Part shown: one piece after another, positions 45,887 to 57,119 of the stretch
Layout of the letters: each line of letters starts with the position of its first letter
Position numbering within the stretch: the first letter of the stretch is position 1
Assembly: GCA_037190965.1 (NCBI GenBank)
Contig: JBBCKI010000072.1
Location: 1 to 64,000, forward strand
Direction: 5' to 3'
Source: Chthoniobacteraceae bacterium
GTDB lineage: Bacteria; Verrucomicrobiota; Verrucomicrobiia; Chthoniobacterales; Chthoniobacteraceae
DNA: 64,000 nucleotides
The notes under the pieces: generated by a model
Seen by the model: only the letters and a program-made list of their open reading frames with translations
Databases searched by the model: none
What the model was told of the DNA's origin: nothing
Position numbers and translations under genes: made by a program

Positions 45887-46408
45887 ATGAAACTCACCCT
45901 TCGCTCTGCTGCTCCGGGCATTTTTGCCCTCGGTCTTCTGTTTGCCTGCCAATCGGTGTTTGCCGAAACGCCTTCCCAGATTCCACCCGAATCGCCGACG
46001 CCAACCGTCGTTTATACGGGAGGAGGCAAGTGGACGGAGCCAAGGAAAGTGGTGAGAGACTTTTTCAGCCGCCTGAAGTCGAACAATGTGGACGAAGCTT
46101 ACGACGAGTTGCTGAAAGGGACCAAGATCGCGGAGTCGGCCAAGGATGTTTCGATGCTCAAGGCCAAGACCCGTGAGGCGCTTCAACTCGGCGGTGCCAT
46201 CGAAGGCAACGATCTGATCGCAACGAAGGAGGCGGGCGAACACCTCGTCAGTTTGACCTATCTCTCCCTTGGCAAGACTTACCCGCTTCGCTGGCGGTTT
46301 TATTTCTACAAGGCTTCCGATCAATGGAAACTGATCGACATCCGCATTAGCGATCGTCTTGCGGAGATGCTCGGTGAGCAGGGGGCGGCGGCCGAGACTG
46401 CGCCATGA
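45887..46408 (+). CDS. Exported hypothetical protein
   Basis: Signal peptide ending VFA and a compact alpha/beta domain (PLRWRFYFYKASDQWKL). Its stop overlaps the next start. Confidence 0.75.
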   Translation: MKLTLRSAAPGIFALGLLFACQSVFAETPSQIPPESPTPTVVYTGGGKWTEPRKVVRDFFSRLKSNNVDEAYDELLKGTKIAESAKDVSMLKAKTREALQLGGAIEGNDLIATKEAGEHLVSLTYLSLGKTYPLRWRFYFYKASDQWKLIDIRISDRLAEMLGEQGAAAETAP

Positions 46409-47307
46409 GCATGAGCGGCGCGGTTTCCCCGGGTAAGCCTGCAAATCCCGGTTCGCCCGGTCCATTGAGGATGCTGGGGCAGACCCTCGCGTTCATCCGG
46501 TTTTCCCATACGGTTTTTGCGTTGCCTTTTGCGCTCGGTTCCATGCTGGTCGCGGCGGACGGGTTGCCCTCCTGGCGGCTTTGCGGGTGGATCGTGGCGG
46601 CGATGGTCTTTGCTCGCACTGCAGCGATGGCCTTCAACCGGCTGGCGGATTGGCAGATGGACAAGCGCAATCCCCGCACGGCGGGCCGTCATAAGCTGGT
46701 CTCTTTCCCCGGGGCCGTGGCGCTTTGTCTATTTAGCGCCCTCTGTTTTGTAGGGGTGACCTTTGCGATCAACCCGCTTTGTTACAGGTTGAGCCCGGTG
46801 GCTCTGGGGCTGGTGTTTTTTTACTCCCTGACCAAGCGTTTTACCTCACTGTGTCACTTTTACCTCGGGTTGGCGCTCTCCGTCTCACCCGTGGGCGCGT
46901 GGTTGGCGGTTACGGGCGGGTTCGCCCTCCCTCCCTTGATTCTCGCGGCAGGAGTGGTGCTCTGGGTAGCGGGGTTTGACCTTATTTACGCCACCCAGGA
47001 TCATGAATTTGACCGGCGAGAGGGGTTGCATTCTCTCGTGGTTCGCCTGGGCGTCACGCGCAGCCTGGCGGTCGCCCAATGGCTGCACGGCGCGGTGGTA
47101 CTCCTGCTTGCGGCTTTCGGTGCGGCTGCGGGCCTCGGAATGATTTATTACGGCGGACTCGCGCTGGTGGTGGCGGCGCTGATATATGAGCACCGGGTGG
47201 CGCGTCGGGCGGATCTGGATGCCATCAACCAGGCTTTCTTCGTCAGCAACGCTTTCGTCGGGCTGGTCTTTGTGACCGCGATTTTGGCTGACGTGCTTTG
47301 TCGATAG
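46405..47307 (+). CDS. UbiA-family polyprenyltransferase (MqnP/futalosine-pathway type)
   Basis: Motifs FSHTVFALPFA, ARTAAMAFNRLADWQMDKRNPRT, YSLTKRFT and GFDLIYATQDHEFD. Confidence 0.9.
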   Translation: MSMSGAVSPGKPANPGSPGPLRMLGQTLAFIRFSHTVFALPFALGSMLVAADGLPSWRLCGWIVAAMVFARTAAMAFNRLADWQMDKRNPRTAGRHKLVSFPGAVALCLFSALCFVGVTFAINPLCYRLSPVALGLVFFYSLTKRFTSLCHFYLGLALSVSPVGAWLAVTGGFALPPLILAAGVVLWVAGFDLIYATQDHEFDRREGLHSLVVRLGVTRSLAVAQWLHGAVVLLLAAFGAAAGLGMIYYGGLALVVAALIYEHRVARRADLDAINQAFFVSNAFVGLVFVTAILADVLCR

Positions 47308-47327
47308 AAGAGAGCTCGGAGCAATAA

Positions 47328-47378
47328 AAAACGGTTCCCGAAAATGAGGGCATCCCTCTTGTTCACAGGAACCGTTTT
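47328..47378. terminator. Bidirectional terminator-like hairpin between convergent genes
   Basis: AAAACGGTTCC...GGAACCGTTTT with an inner GAGGG-cat-CCCTC hairpin. Confidence 0.55.
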
Positions 47379-47397
47379 CGAGATTTTGAAACCTGAT

Positions 47398-47769
47398 CTA
47401 TTTCAGAAAATAGCGCTTGGAGCGAAGGGTCCCCGTTGTTTTGAAATCCTTGGGGTTGTTTTTCAAATAGAGAACAACAGTGTTATAATTGAGTTCGGTA
47501 ATATCGGAAATCTCTTTCTGGCTCAGCCCTTCCGGAGATTGGGAAAGCGCTTTGAGAATGCGGCCGCGCACTTCTTCGGAGCTGGTGCGCTTGCGGCGGA
47601 CCTCGACGACGACTGCCTTGCCGGTCATCCCAGCGATCTGGGCTTCGAGATCAACAACAACCTGGCGGGCGTCTTTTAACTTTTGCTGCAACTCCGATAG
47701 TTGACTGGAGCGCAACTGATGAATTTTTGCTTCGAGTTCCTGAATTTGAGATTGGACATCTTTTTCCAT
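47398..47769 (-). CDS. 123-aa coiled-coil plus winged-helix protein, probable DNA-binding or nucleoid-associated protein
   Basis: Heptad N-terminus VQSQIQELEAKIHQL..., basic linker RRKR, HTH GLSQKEISDITELNYNTVVLYLK and wing FKTTGTLRSKRYFLK. Start moved to MEKD. Confidence 0.75.
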   Translation of the reverse strand: MEKDVQSQIQELEAKIHQLRSSQLSELQQKLKDARQVVVDLEAQIAGMTGKAVVVEVRRKRTSSEEVRGRILKALSQSPEGLSQKEISDITELNYNTVVLYLKNNPKDFKTTGTLRSKRYFLK

Positions 47770-47849
47770 AGGACAGGGAGTCAATACCATTGCGATTTGC
47801 CTTTCGTCAATGGTAGCCCGCAAATCGAATATGATAACGTTTTGGATTG

Positions 47850-48033
47850 AACCTAAAAACGGCGTGGATCGGGGCGATCTGACGCAAGATGCGGCCAGGG
47901 TACGGGCTCCGCGCAGAGACTGCGCTTCGCTCCGTAAGAAGTAAACCGCTGATCGCGATAAAGCGGTCTGCTGGCCGCGAGTGACTTTCGTCGAGCTCAG
48001 CAGCTCATCCCCTCCCATTACCGTTTTTAGGTT
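47850..48033. repeat. 184-bp fold-back element with a 13-bp terminal inverted repeat (MITE or structured ncRNA)
   Basis: Ends AACCTAAAAACGG...CCGTTTTTAGGTT. Inner helices GCGGCCAG/CTGGCCGC, TACGG/CCGTA, GCGCAG/CTGCGC, ACCGCT/AGCGGT and GAGCT/AGCTC. Confidence 0.65.
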
Positions 48034-48191
48034 GAAACTTTTCAGGGTTTGATGTCCGATAAGGGGCGACGATCAATAAGAAGGCTGGATGTAAAACGAC
48101 GGTGAATGACGGGTGAATTTACTGGGGCAAGCCTGGGGCGAGCCAGGGCAGATCAAGGAAAACTTGGAAAATTGGGTAAACTGAGGAGGTT

Positions 48192-50096
48192 TTGAACCTG
48201 AAATATTCCGGAGAGTTGAGACATCTGAGAGAGATGGCGGGCCTGGATGAGCCTTCACCCAGGCCGACGATTCGAGTGTTTTTTGATGAGGTCGTCGGCG
48301 CGCTGTTTTTGCACGGGCAATTCATGTCTCTCTGGCGTGATCCGGAGGAGGAACACGAAGGAGCGAACCCTACGGAGCAGGAGAGGGTGGATGTTGCCCT
48401 CATTTTTTCCCGTTCACCGGGTGAGGTCCCGCTTGCCATCGGGCGCGATCTGGCGGTTCGCCTGGGCGAGGTTACCGAAGCGATTCCCGATGCCGCGGTG
48501 ATGGTGGTGTTGACTGGAGGGCTTCCTTCGGGCGATTGCGCGATGATGCTCTGCCATGGCGGCGACGGATTACATGGTTTTTTGACGAGTGAAACGCTGA
48601 CCCCCGAAACTCTCGCCCTGGCGATTCGCATTGCCGCAAAGCGGCAGCAGGGCATTCTGGAGATGCGCCGCATCGTGGCAGAATTGAACTGGCGGGTGAA
48701 AGAGCGGACCCGCGAGAATCGCGAAGCCGGAGAGCGTCTGGAAAAGGCGGTGGCGGAAAGGGAACGTGCGGAGCGACGCCTCAGCGAGGCTCATGACGAA
48801 CTCGGGATTCGCATTCTGGAGCGGACCTCGCAACTGGCTCATGCCAATGAGCTCTTGAAGGTGGAGGTGGCGGAGCGAAAACGGGCTGAGCGCGAGTCGA
48901 AGAAGGCGAAGGAGCAGGCTGAGGCGGCCAATCGTGCCAAGAGCGAATTTCTCGCCAACATGAGCCACGAGATTCGTACCCCGATGAATGGGATCATCGG
49001 CATGACGGAGCTGGTGCTCACCACTCCCCTGGATCCTTTGCAAAGCGAGTATTTGCATCTCATCAACCGTTCGGCGGAGTCGCTGCTTACCTTGATCAAT
49101 GATGTCCTCGATTACGCAAAGATCGAGGCGGGCAAGTTGTTGCTGGGTGAAGAGCCCTTCAGCGTCCGGGAGGTGCTGGAAGATGCGGTAAAAACATTGA
49201 GTGTGCAGGCTTCGCAGAAAAACCTTCAATTGGTTTTAAGCGTCTGCCCCGAGGTTCCTCTCCTGGTCGTTGGCGATCCGGGGCGGCTTAGGCAGGTGAT
49301 CCTCAATCTCGTGGGGAATGCCGTGAAGTTTACCGAAGCGGGGCAGGTGATCGTTTCGGCGAGCGCTTCCCTGGCGAGTGAGGAACGTGAGGACCTGGAG
49401 GGCCGGGTAGAACTGCGCTTTGAGGTTTCCGATACCGGCATTGGAATTCCTCCGGAAAAGCAGCAGCAGATTTTCGAAGCGTTCACGCAGGTGGATGGTT
49501 CGGTGACTCGTCGTTATGGTGGGACGGGGCTGGGCCTTGCGATCGTGACCAGCCTCGTGCAACAGATGGGGGGCGAAATCCAGCTCGACAGCCAGGTCGG
49601 CGCGGGGAGCACCTTCAAGTTTGCGATCCCGGTGGATATTTTTCTGCGGGAAGAAGGTTTGCCTTCGCCGGACGCAGGTTTCAAGCTTGGGCAAGAGCCC
49701 TATCCGTCCTATACGCCTTTCGGGACAGAGCGACGGGTCTTGATTGTGGAGGACAACCCGGTCAATCAACGGGTCGCGGAGACCATGTTGCTTCGCGGCG
49801 GTTACCAGGTCACGATTGCGGCCAACGGCAGGGAGGCGTTGAACGCGGTGCAGAGAGAGGTTTTCGATCTGGTGCTGATGGATATTCAGATGCCTGAGAT
49901 GGACGGTCTGGAGGCGACCCGGCAGATTCGGTTGCTCGACCGTATCGATGGAAGACTGCCGATTGTGGCGATGACCGCCCACGCCATGAAGGGTGATCGC
50001 GAGCGTTGCCTGGAAGCGGGGATGGATCACTACCTGTCCAAGCCATTCCACAAGCGGGAATTGCTGGAAGTCGTCGAACGCTTTGTGCGGCGGTAG
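48192..50096 (+). CDS. Cytoplasmic hybrid histidine kinase (pseudo-receiver, coiled coil, HisKA, HATPase, receiver)
   Basis: [32 protein letters not shown] and [19 protein letters not shown] lies before the TTG start. Confidence 0.92.
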   Translation: MNLKYSGELRHLREMAGLDEPSPRPTIRVFFDEVVGALFLHGQFMSLWRDPEEEHEGANPTEQERVDVALIFSRSPGEVPLAIGRDLAVRLGEVTEAIPDAAVMVVLTGGLPSGDCAMMLCHGGDGLHGFLTSETLTPETLALAIRIAAKRQQGILEMRRIVAELNWRVKERTRENREAGERLEKAVAERERAERRLSEAHDELGIRILERTSQLAHANELLKVEVAERKRAERESKKAKEQAEAANRAKSEFLANMSHEIRTPMNGIIGMTELVLTTPLDPLQSEYLHLINRSAESLLTLINDVLDYAKIEAGKLLLGEEPFSVREVLEDAVKTLSVQASQKNLQLVLSVCPEVPLLVVGDPGRLRQVILNLVGNAVKFTEAGQVIVSASASLASEEREDLEGRVELRFEVSDTGIGIPPEKQQQIFEAFTQVDGSVTRRYGGTGLGLAIVTSLVQQMGGEIQLDSQVGAGSTFKFAIPVDIFLREEGLPSPDAGFKLGQEPYPSYTPFGTERRVLIVEDNPVNQRVAETMLLRGGYQVTIAANGREALNAVQREVFDLVLMDIQMPEMDGLEATRQIRLLDRIDGRLPIVAMTAHAMKGDRERCLEAGMDHYLSKPFHKRELLEVVERFVRR

Positions 50097-50210
50097 ACGG
50101 TAAAAACGAGAGGCAAATCTCCTTTTCGCGTGATTTTGGGCGTGCCTTATGCTTTCTCGCATGACGTGGTCCGGCTTCCTTCCGGCCCGAAGAGTTCTCT
50201 TATCAGCCCT

Positions 50211-50696
50211 ATGAAAAACCAGACTTATTCCATGTTTGCGGCTTCCGTCTGTGCGGCCGCGCTTGTTCTGAGCGGATGCGCCAGCAACGAGCCGAGGCCC
50301 GTTCACCGGCAGCCTTCCAAGTACTCCAACAAAGCCAAACACCGGGATGACCGGAGAGACGATCGGAGAGATCGCAGAGACGATCATCGGGATCGCCGCG
50401 ATGACCGAGACGACCGCCGGGACGATCGCGGTGATCGCAGCGAGTGGAACCGGGCTCCCTCGGTGGGGATGACTAAATCGGAAGTGCGGAGACGCTATGG
50501 AGCCCCCGTGGAGGTTTCATCCACCCCGCAGGGAGAGGTTTGGTTTTACACGGCGAGAGTGAGTGGCCGCGATTTCATCCCAATCTACGGTGCCGTGACG
50601 CACCGTAGGAATGGAGGCTCGATTGGGTTTGATTCCCATGGCCGTGTGAGCGCCTTCCAGTGGGGCCGCGATTATCGCAACGCCTGGTGGTACTAA
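50211..50696 (+). CDS. Lipoprotein with an Arg/Asp repeat and a BamE/SmpA-OmlA-like domain
   Basis: Lipobox LSGC, the tract RDDRRDDRRDRRDD..., and GMTKSEVRRRYGAP...EVWFY...IGFDSHGRV. Confidence 0.8.
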   Translation: MKNQTYSMFAASVCAAALVLSGCASNEPRPVHRQPSKYSNKAKHRDDRRDDRRDRRDDHRDRRDDRDDRRDDRGDRSEWNRAPSVGMTKSEVRRRYGAPVEVSSTPQGEVWFYTARVSGRDFIPIYGAVTHRRNGGSIGFDSHGRVSAFQWGRDYRNAWWY

Positions 50697-50697
50697 A

Positions 50698-50847
50698 AGC
50701 GTCTCTCAAAATCTTTTCCGAATGCACTGGCGCGGCGTCGCTGAGCTTGGGCAGGGGCACTGCGGCCCCAGCCACTGCGCTCTGCTCGTTGCTTCAGAAG
50801 CCATGGCGCTCCCATTACCTTTCGGACATTATTTTCGAGAAAACGCT
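50698..50847. repeat. 150-bp imperfect fold-back element (MITE-like)
   Basis: Nested pairs AGCGT/ACGCT, TCTC/GAGA, AAAAT/ATTTT, TCCGAA/TTCGGA, CTGAGC/GCTTCAG and GGGCAGGG/CTCTGCTC. Confidence 0.5.
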
Positions 50848-50886
50848 ATAAAATCAACTGACCGCCAAGCAGGCTGAACAATAACC

Positions 50887-50925
50887 GGGCCGTGCCCTCG
50901 GGGGAGAGGGGCACGGCCCTTTTTT
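50887..50925 (+). terminator. Rho-independent terminator
   Basis: GGGCCGTGCCC...GGGCACGGCCC followed by TTTTTT. Confidence 0.85.
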
Positions 50926-51116
50926 GGGATTCTGATGGGGATGCCTCCCCGATTTGCCATCTTTTTCCCCCGGTGCACGCCACAAGCCGATTGTTTGGGG
51001 GACGGTGAGTTACGGTGTAATGAAGCCAGGGCTCACGGTTTCCCGTTCCGCCAGACTAGCGGTATCGAGGGCTAAGAGGAATCAGGCAGATGCCGCTTGG
51101 GGGGTGGTGCAATCCC

Positions 51117-52364
51117 TTATCCCGACTTTGTTGCGGCCATCGCGTTTCCCGCGATCCACCCGGTCGTCCAGGCTGCCTGGAAGTTGAAGCCACCGGTAAT
51201 ACCGTCGATGTCGAGGAGCTCTCCCGCGAAATGGAGACCAGGGACAATCTTGCTTTCCATCGTCTTGAAGTTGACCTCGCTCAGGCGAACTCCGCCGCAG
51301 GTGACAAACTCCGCCTTGTTTGTGCTTTTGCCGGTGACATGGAACTCGGTCGCGGAAAGTTGGTCGGCCAGCTTTAGCAACGCCGGTCGCGAAAGCGCGG
51401 CCCAGCGGGTATCCGGGGCGATTCTGGCGGCGAAAACCAGTTGCTCCCAGAGTCGGGACGGGATCGGTTTGATCGGCGTTTTGATAACCGGCGTTGATTG
51501 GCGTCGGGCGCGCAATTCTTCGGCGATGGCTTCGCGGGTCAACCCGGGCAGCCAGTTGATTCGCAGGGGAAACCGGTACTCCATGCCGTGAAGCTCGCGT
51601 GCTCCCCAGGCTGAGAGCCGCAGGATGACCGGGCCGCTCACGCCCCAGTGGGTGGCGAGCAGGGGGCCGCGCTCACGTAATCGGGTGCCCGGCACGGAGG
51701 CTTCCACCGGCTCCACGGAGACACCCGCCAAATCCCGAAGCCACGGCGTTTCGATATGAAAAGTGAAGAGGGAGGGAACCGGGGGTTCGAAGGTATGCCC
51801 CAGTGCGACCGCCGGTTCCGAAGAACTCGCGGAGCGGGGGCCACCCGTGGCGAGGAGGAGGCGGTCGCAGGAGATCGTCTTCCCGTCGGAAAGCGTCACT
51901 TCAAAGCCTTCGCTTTGCGCCTTTCGGGCGATTTTGCCGGCGCCGCATTGCGACACCAGTTCCACCCCGGCCTCGCGAGCCTCGCCCATCAAGCAGTCGA
52001 TGATGGTTTGCGAGGAATCGGTGATGGGGAACATCCGTCCGTCGCTCTCCGTCTTGAGTTTGACGCCGCGCGATTGGAACCACTCCACCGTATCGGCGGC
52101 CGCAAAGCGGGAAAATGCGCCAAGCAACGCCCGCTCGCCTCGAGGATAGTGAGCCGCCAGGGCGCGGGTCTCAAAGCAGGAGTGGGTGACATTGCAGCGG
52201 CCTCCCCCCGAGATGCGGACCTTGGACAGAAAATGCGGCCCTTTTTCCAGCACGACGACCGAAGCGGCGCCTCCGCTGGCGCGGGCACAGGCGATGGCGG
52301 CAAAAAAACCGGCCGCGCCTCCGCCGACCACGCAGGCGGAGTAATGATCACGGGAAGGACGCAT
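51117..52364 (-). CDS. BaiN/HI0933-family flavoprotein oxidoreductase
   Basis: Motifs VVGGGAAG, KVRISGGGRCNVTH, GRMFP and AGELLDIDGITGGFNFQAAWTTG. Confidence 0.94.
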   Translation of the reverse strand: MRPSRDHYSACVVGGGAAGFFAAIACARASGGAASVVVLEKGPHFLSKVRISGGGRCNVTHSCFETRALAAHYPRGERALLGAFSRFAAADTVEWFQSRGVKLKTESDGRMFPITDSSQTIIDCLMGEAREAGVELVSQCGAGKIARKAQSEGFEVTLSDGKTISCDRLLLATGGPRSASSSEPAVALGHTFEPPVPSLFTFHIETPWLRDLAGVSVEPVEASVPGTRLRERGPLLATHWGVSGPVILRLSAWGARELHGMEYRFPLRINWLPGLTREAIAEELRARRQSTPVIKTPIKPIPSRLWEQLVFAARIAPDTRWAALSRPALLKLADQLSATEFHVTGKSTNKAEFVTCGGVRLSEVNFKTMESKIVPGLHFAGELLDIDGITGGFNFQAAWTTGWIAGNAMAATKSG

Positions 52365-52374
52365 CCAGGATTAA

Positions 52375-54006
<1,632 letters not shown>

Positions 54007-54024
54007 GCTGCGGCGTGCAAAGGC

Positions 54025-54195
54025 TTAAAACCGGCGCGGACCCGGCTTGGGAGTGCGGGGGGCGGATGTCTCGTATCCGCCGTTAACGGCCTTCATCCCG
54101 CCGTCCACAAAAGTTTTATAAAACTCGAACAGGACGGCGGTCACAAAACCCGCCAGAATGACGAGGATCAATTTCTGAAAGAATGAGTTTTGCAT
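54025..54195 (-). CDS. Small single-pass membrane protein
   Basis: MQNSFFQKLILVILAGFVTAVLFEFYK... is co-oriented and fits the gap between two genes. Confidence 0.6.
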   Translation of the reverse strand: MQNSFFQKLILVILAGFVTAVLFEFYKTFVDGGMKAVNGGYETSAPRTPKPGPRRF

Positions 54196-54234
54196 GGGTG
54201 CGCCGCCGATCATAGCGGAGGCGGCGCGCCGATG

Positions 54235-55011
54235 TCACCAGAAACCCCATTGGCCGGTCTGCATAATGTAGAGGCCAAGGATGAGGTTTGTGATGGCGTG
54301 GGCAACGACGCACGCGGCAAGGCTGCGGGTGCGGATGGCGATGAGGTTGTATAACGCGCTGGTAATGAGGGCGGTCCAGAAGTCCTGCCCGGGTTGGAAC
54401 GTGAAGGTCTTCAGGCCAGGTAGAAAGTCCGGGGACAGGTGCGCAAGCCCAAAGCAAAGAACAACCGCCAAGAACGAGAACCGCGTGGCGGTGCCAAAAG
54501 GAACCTTCTCAAAATCCTCACGGATGAGATACCGGAGCAGAAAGCCGCGCCAGAAAATCTCTTCCAGGAGCGGGACCACAATGACAAGCCGCGCGAAGCG
54601 AAGCGCGAGACTTCCCCAATAGGTGGGGGAGCCATGGACAAAGACGTTGGGATCGAAACCTTCCAGTCGTGGAGCCGCGCCGAAAATTTCCTGGGGAGAA
54701 ATCCAGATGCCTAGAACGAGAATTGCTATTCCAAGCGTCCATGCCCAATCTTTCCCCTGTTTTGGCCAGCTTAACGAATAGTACCGCCAGTAGAAGGCAA
54801 GTAGGCCGCCGCACACCAGCGTTTGCAGCGGGAAGATCCAGTATTTCGGCTGCGCGAGCAGGAACTCCGTGCGTCCCAAGCCCTGAATCCACCCCGGCAG
54901 CATCATGAAAAACATGAACGCAAAGAACGGAAAACAGAAAGCCCGTAATGCCGGAGTCATGAGGGGCTCGGCAGGCGGCTTGGAGGCTTGGGGTGCTTGA
55001 GCGGGAGTCAT
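54235..55011 (-). CDS. CAAX prenyl protease-related (CPBP) intramembrane protease, exosortase/PEP-CTERM-associated type
   Basis: Motifs VVPLLEEIFWRGFLLRY, FGLAH and CVVAHAITN...GQWGFW. Confidence 0.88.
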   Translation of the reverse strand: MTPAQAPQASKPPAEPLMTPALRAFCFPFFAFMFFMMLPGWIQGLGRTEFLLAQPKYWIFPLQTLVCGGLLAFYWRYYSLSWPKQGKDWAWTLGIAILVLGIWISPQEIFGAAPRLEGFDPNVFVHGSPTYWGSLALRFARLVIVVPLLEEIFWRGFLLRYLIREDFEKVPFGTATRFSFLAVVLCFGLAHLSPDFLPGLKTFTFQPGQDFWTALITSALYNLIAIRTRSLAACVVAHAITNLILGLYIMQTGQWGFW

Positions 55012-55067
55012 GGCGCGGGTAATCTTGAGGAAAGCGGCGAATAATACAACTTTTCTAACAAACGGAC

Positions 55068-55313
55068 ATGGCTGACGTCGATCCCGAGAAGATTCTTGCG
55101 GAGCTGGAGGCGGCGCGGTTGGCGGCTTCATCCCGACGCGCCAAACCCGGTCGAAACGCCGTGCTCGTGGTTATCGTGCTTCTCATCCTTGCGATAGCTT
55201 CCATCGCGCTTTGGGTCCTGACGCTGATGCTCGACGGGCTGCCAAGGCCTGAAAGGTCTGAGGGCAAAGGCTCGCCCTCCGCAGCCGCGCCCGCCGTCGG
55301 GAAGGCTCCGTGA
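55068..55313 (+). CDS. Small single-pass membrane protein
   Basis: An N-terminal helix, a basic patch and one strong TM segment. Lies upstream of the pilM-like operon. Confidence 0.65.
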   Translation: MADVDPEKILAELEAARLAASSRRAKPGRNAVLVVIVLLILAIASIALWVLTLMLDGLPRPERSEGKGSPSAAAPAVGKAP

Positions 55314-55421
55314 CTTTTATGAAAAATCTCCTTTGCCCCAGTCTGTTGAAGTTCCTAAAATCGTCATCTGCCGGGCTGAACTGGGCCTGATTCAAATTTC
55401 CTGTTTACCCGCTAACACCTT

Positions 55422-56450
55422 ATGGCAAAACCCCCTTCCTCAGCCATCGGCGTTGACCTTGGCAGGCACTCGATGAAAGCAGTGCTTCTTGCGCGCAAAG
55501 GCAATGGCCGTCTCTCGCTCACCCGCTTTGCCACGCGCGATTTGGCCGTTGAGCTCCATACCGCCGATGAACTGGCTGCCAACCTCAAGGCGTTGCTCCA
55601 GGAGCTGGGGGGGAGCGCAAAGGCCTGCGGGATCGCCATTTCTTCCTCCGACTCGTTTTTGCGCATTATCGAGCAGCCCGAGATGGAGCCGGAAACCCTG
55701 CGCGATGCACTGCGGTTCAACAGCCAGATGCTGCTTAACCAGGATTGCAAAGATTTTGTGCTCGATTGCGACCGGATCTCCGCCGATTCGTCCGGGGGAA
55801 ACAATGGGTCCTCGCGCTATATCGTGGGAGGCCTGCCGAGAGCGCAGGTGCAGGTGATCCATGACGCGTGCCTGAAGACGAAGACCCCGATGACGGCGCT
55901 GCAGCTCAGCCCAATGGCGGTTTTCAACGCATTCGAGTTTGCCAATGAGGAAACCTTCAATACCCAGGGGTTCGTCCTTGTCGATATCGGCCATCTCTCT
56001 TCAGAAGTAATTGTCGGGGCAAAGCGCGAGTTGATTCTGGCCCGAACACTTGGCTACGGCGGCAACCATTTTGTGGAAGAGTTGATCTGTCACGGGGCGT
56101 CGGGTCCCGAGGAGGTGGCTCAGGCGCTGGCCGAGGAGGAGGTGCTTACCATCGAGAATGCGCGGCTTTCGCTCACGGAGCTTGTCCGTTCGATCAGTTC
56201 CTCCATCGGATTCGTTGAGGCGCGGCATGAGGTGGCGATCCCGAGAGTTTTTATTTCGGGCGGGATGGCGAAGTCACCCGCGATTCTGAAGATTCTCTCC
56301 GAAGAACTGCAACTCCCGTGCGAAACATGGGACCCCTTTGCCAAATGCGAAGTCGCTGTTCCTGCGGCACGCAAGGAGGCGTTGGGAGGGCAGCTTCCGG
56401 TATTAAGCGCGGCCTGCGGGGCGGCGGCGGAAATTTTGAAAGGACGTTGA
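55422..56450 (+). CDS. pilM: PilM-like actin-fold type IV pilus/T2SS assembly protein
   Basis: Motifs IGVDLGRHSMKAV, VLVDIGHLSS and VFISGGMAK...DPF. Confidence 0.82.
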   Translation: MAKPPSSAIGVDLGRHSMKAVLLARKGNGRLSLTRFATRDLAVELHTADELAANLKALLQELGGSAKACGIAISSSDSFLRIIEQPEMEPETLRDALRFNSQMLLNQDCKDFVLDCDRISADSSGGNNGSSRYIVGGLPRAQVQVIHDACLKTKTPMTALQLSPMAVFNAFEFANEETFNTQGFVLVDIGHLSSEVIVGAKRELILARTLGYGGNHFVEELICHGASGPEEVAQALAEEEVLTIENARLSLTELVRSISSSIGFVEARHEVAIPRVFISGGMAKSPAILKILSEELQLPCETWDPFAKCEVAVPAARKEALGGQLPVLSAACGAAAEILKGR

Positions 56451-56459
56451 GGGGAACTC

Positions 56460-57119
56460 ATGGCGCTACATCTTAATTTTTATCACGAAATCCAGCGCGA
56501 AGCTCAGGCCCGGGCGCGGGACCCGGTGAAACTTGCAGGGTTGGCAGGAGCGGCGCTGGCGGTCCTGCTTCTCGCCTACTATGGCTACCGGAGCTACGCC
56601 GTGAGCCGTGTGGAGGCCAAGCTCGCCTCGGTCCAGAAAGAATGGAAACGGCTCGAACCGGCGCAGGCTGAGGCCAAGAAGCGCGAGGCTGAGCTTTTCG
56701 TTCTGCAAAAGAGCAACAAGGCATTGGTCGATCGTCTTCATGGACGCCTCTATTTTGCCCCTCTGCTTGACAAGATTGCGACAGCCACGCCCCCCACGGT
56801 CCAGATCACTTCGCTTGCCGCTGATTACGCCGATCCTGAGAAACCGGCAACGGTCCTGGTTTCGGGCATCGCCGCGGGGCTCCAGCCACGGAGCGCCGCC
56901 GAGGCATTTCGTCTTGCGCTGGAGAAAGAGGTTTCAGGGCAGTATCCGAAAGCGACCGCCAGCTTCGACGCCAACTCACTGGAGGAGGCTGAGGAGAATA
57001 TCGAATGGAGCGGGGAATCGCTTCACACCGCCCGTTTCAAAATTCGGCTGACGCTTGAGGGTCGTCCGCCAGCAAAAGAAGAGGCACCCCCGGCCCCCAA
57101 GAAAGCGAAAACCAAATGA
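56460..57119 (+). CDS. PilN-like protein
   Basis: N-terminal HLNF (an INLL-like motif), a TM segment, a coiled coil and a ferredoxin-like domain. Follows pilM. Confidence 0.7.
   Translation: MALHLNFYHEIQREAQARARDPVKLAGLAGAALAVLLLAYYGYRSYAVSRVEAKLASVQKEWKRLEPAQAEAKKREAELFVLQKSNKALVDRLHGRLYFAPLLDKIATATPPTVQITSLAADYADPEKPATVLVSGIAAGLQPRSAAEAFRLALEKEVSGQYPKATASFDANSLEEAEENIEWSGESLHTARFKIRLTLEGRPPAKEEAPPAPKKAKTK

Noticed and set aside
47984..48012. Hammerhead ribozyme core on the minus strand (GATGAG...GACGAAA)
   Set aside because: It lacks CUGAUGA, and GAAA does not directly follow stem II.
47770..48018. N-terminal extension of the 206-aa ORF
   Set aside because: It reads through the fold-back element and promoter region. 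The coherent protein starts at MEKD (47769).
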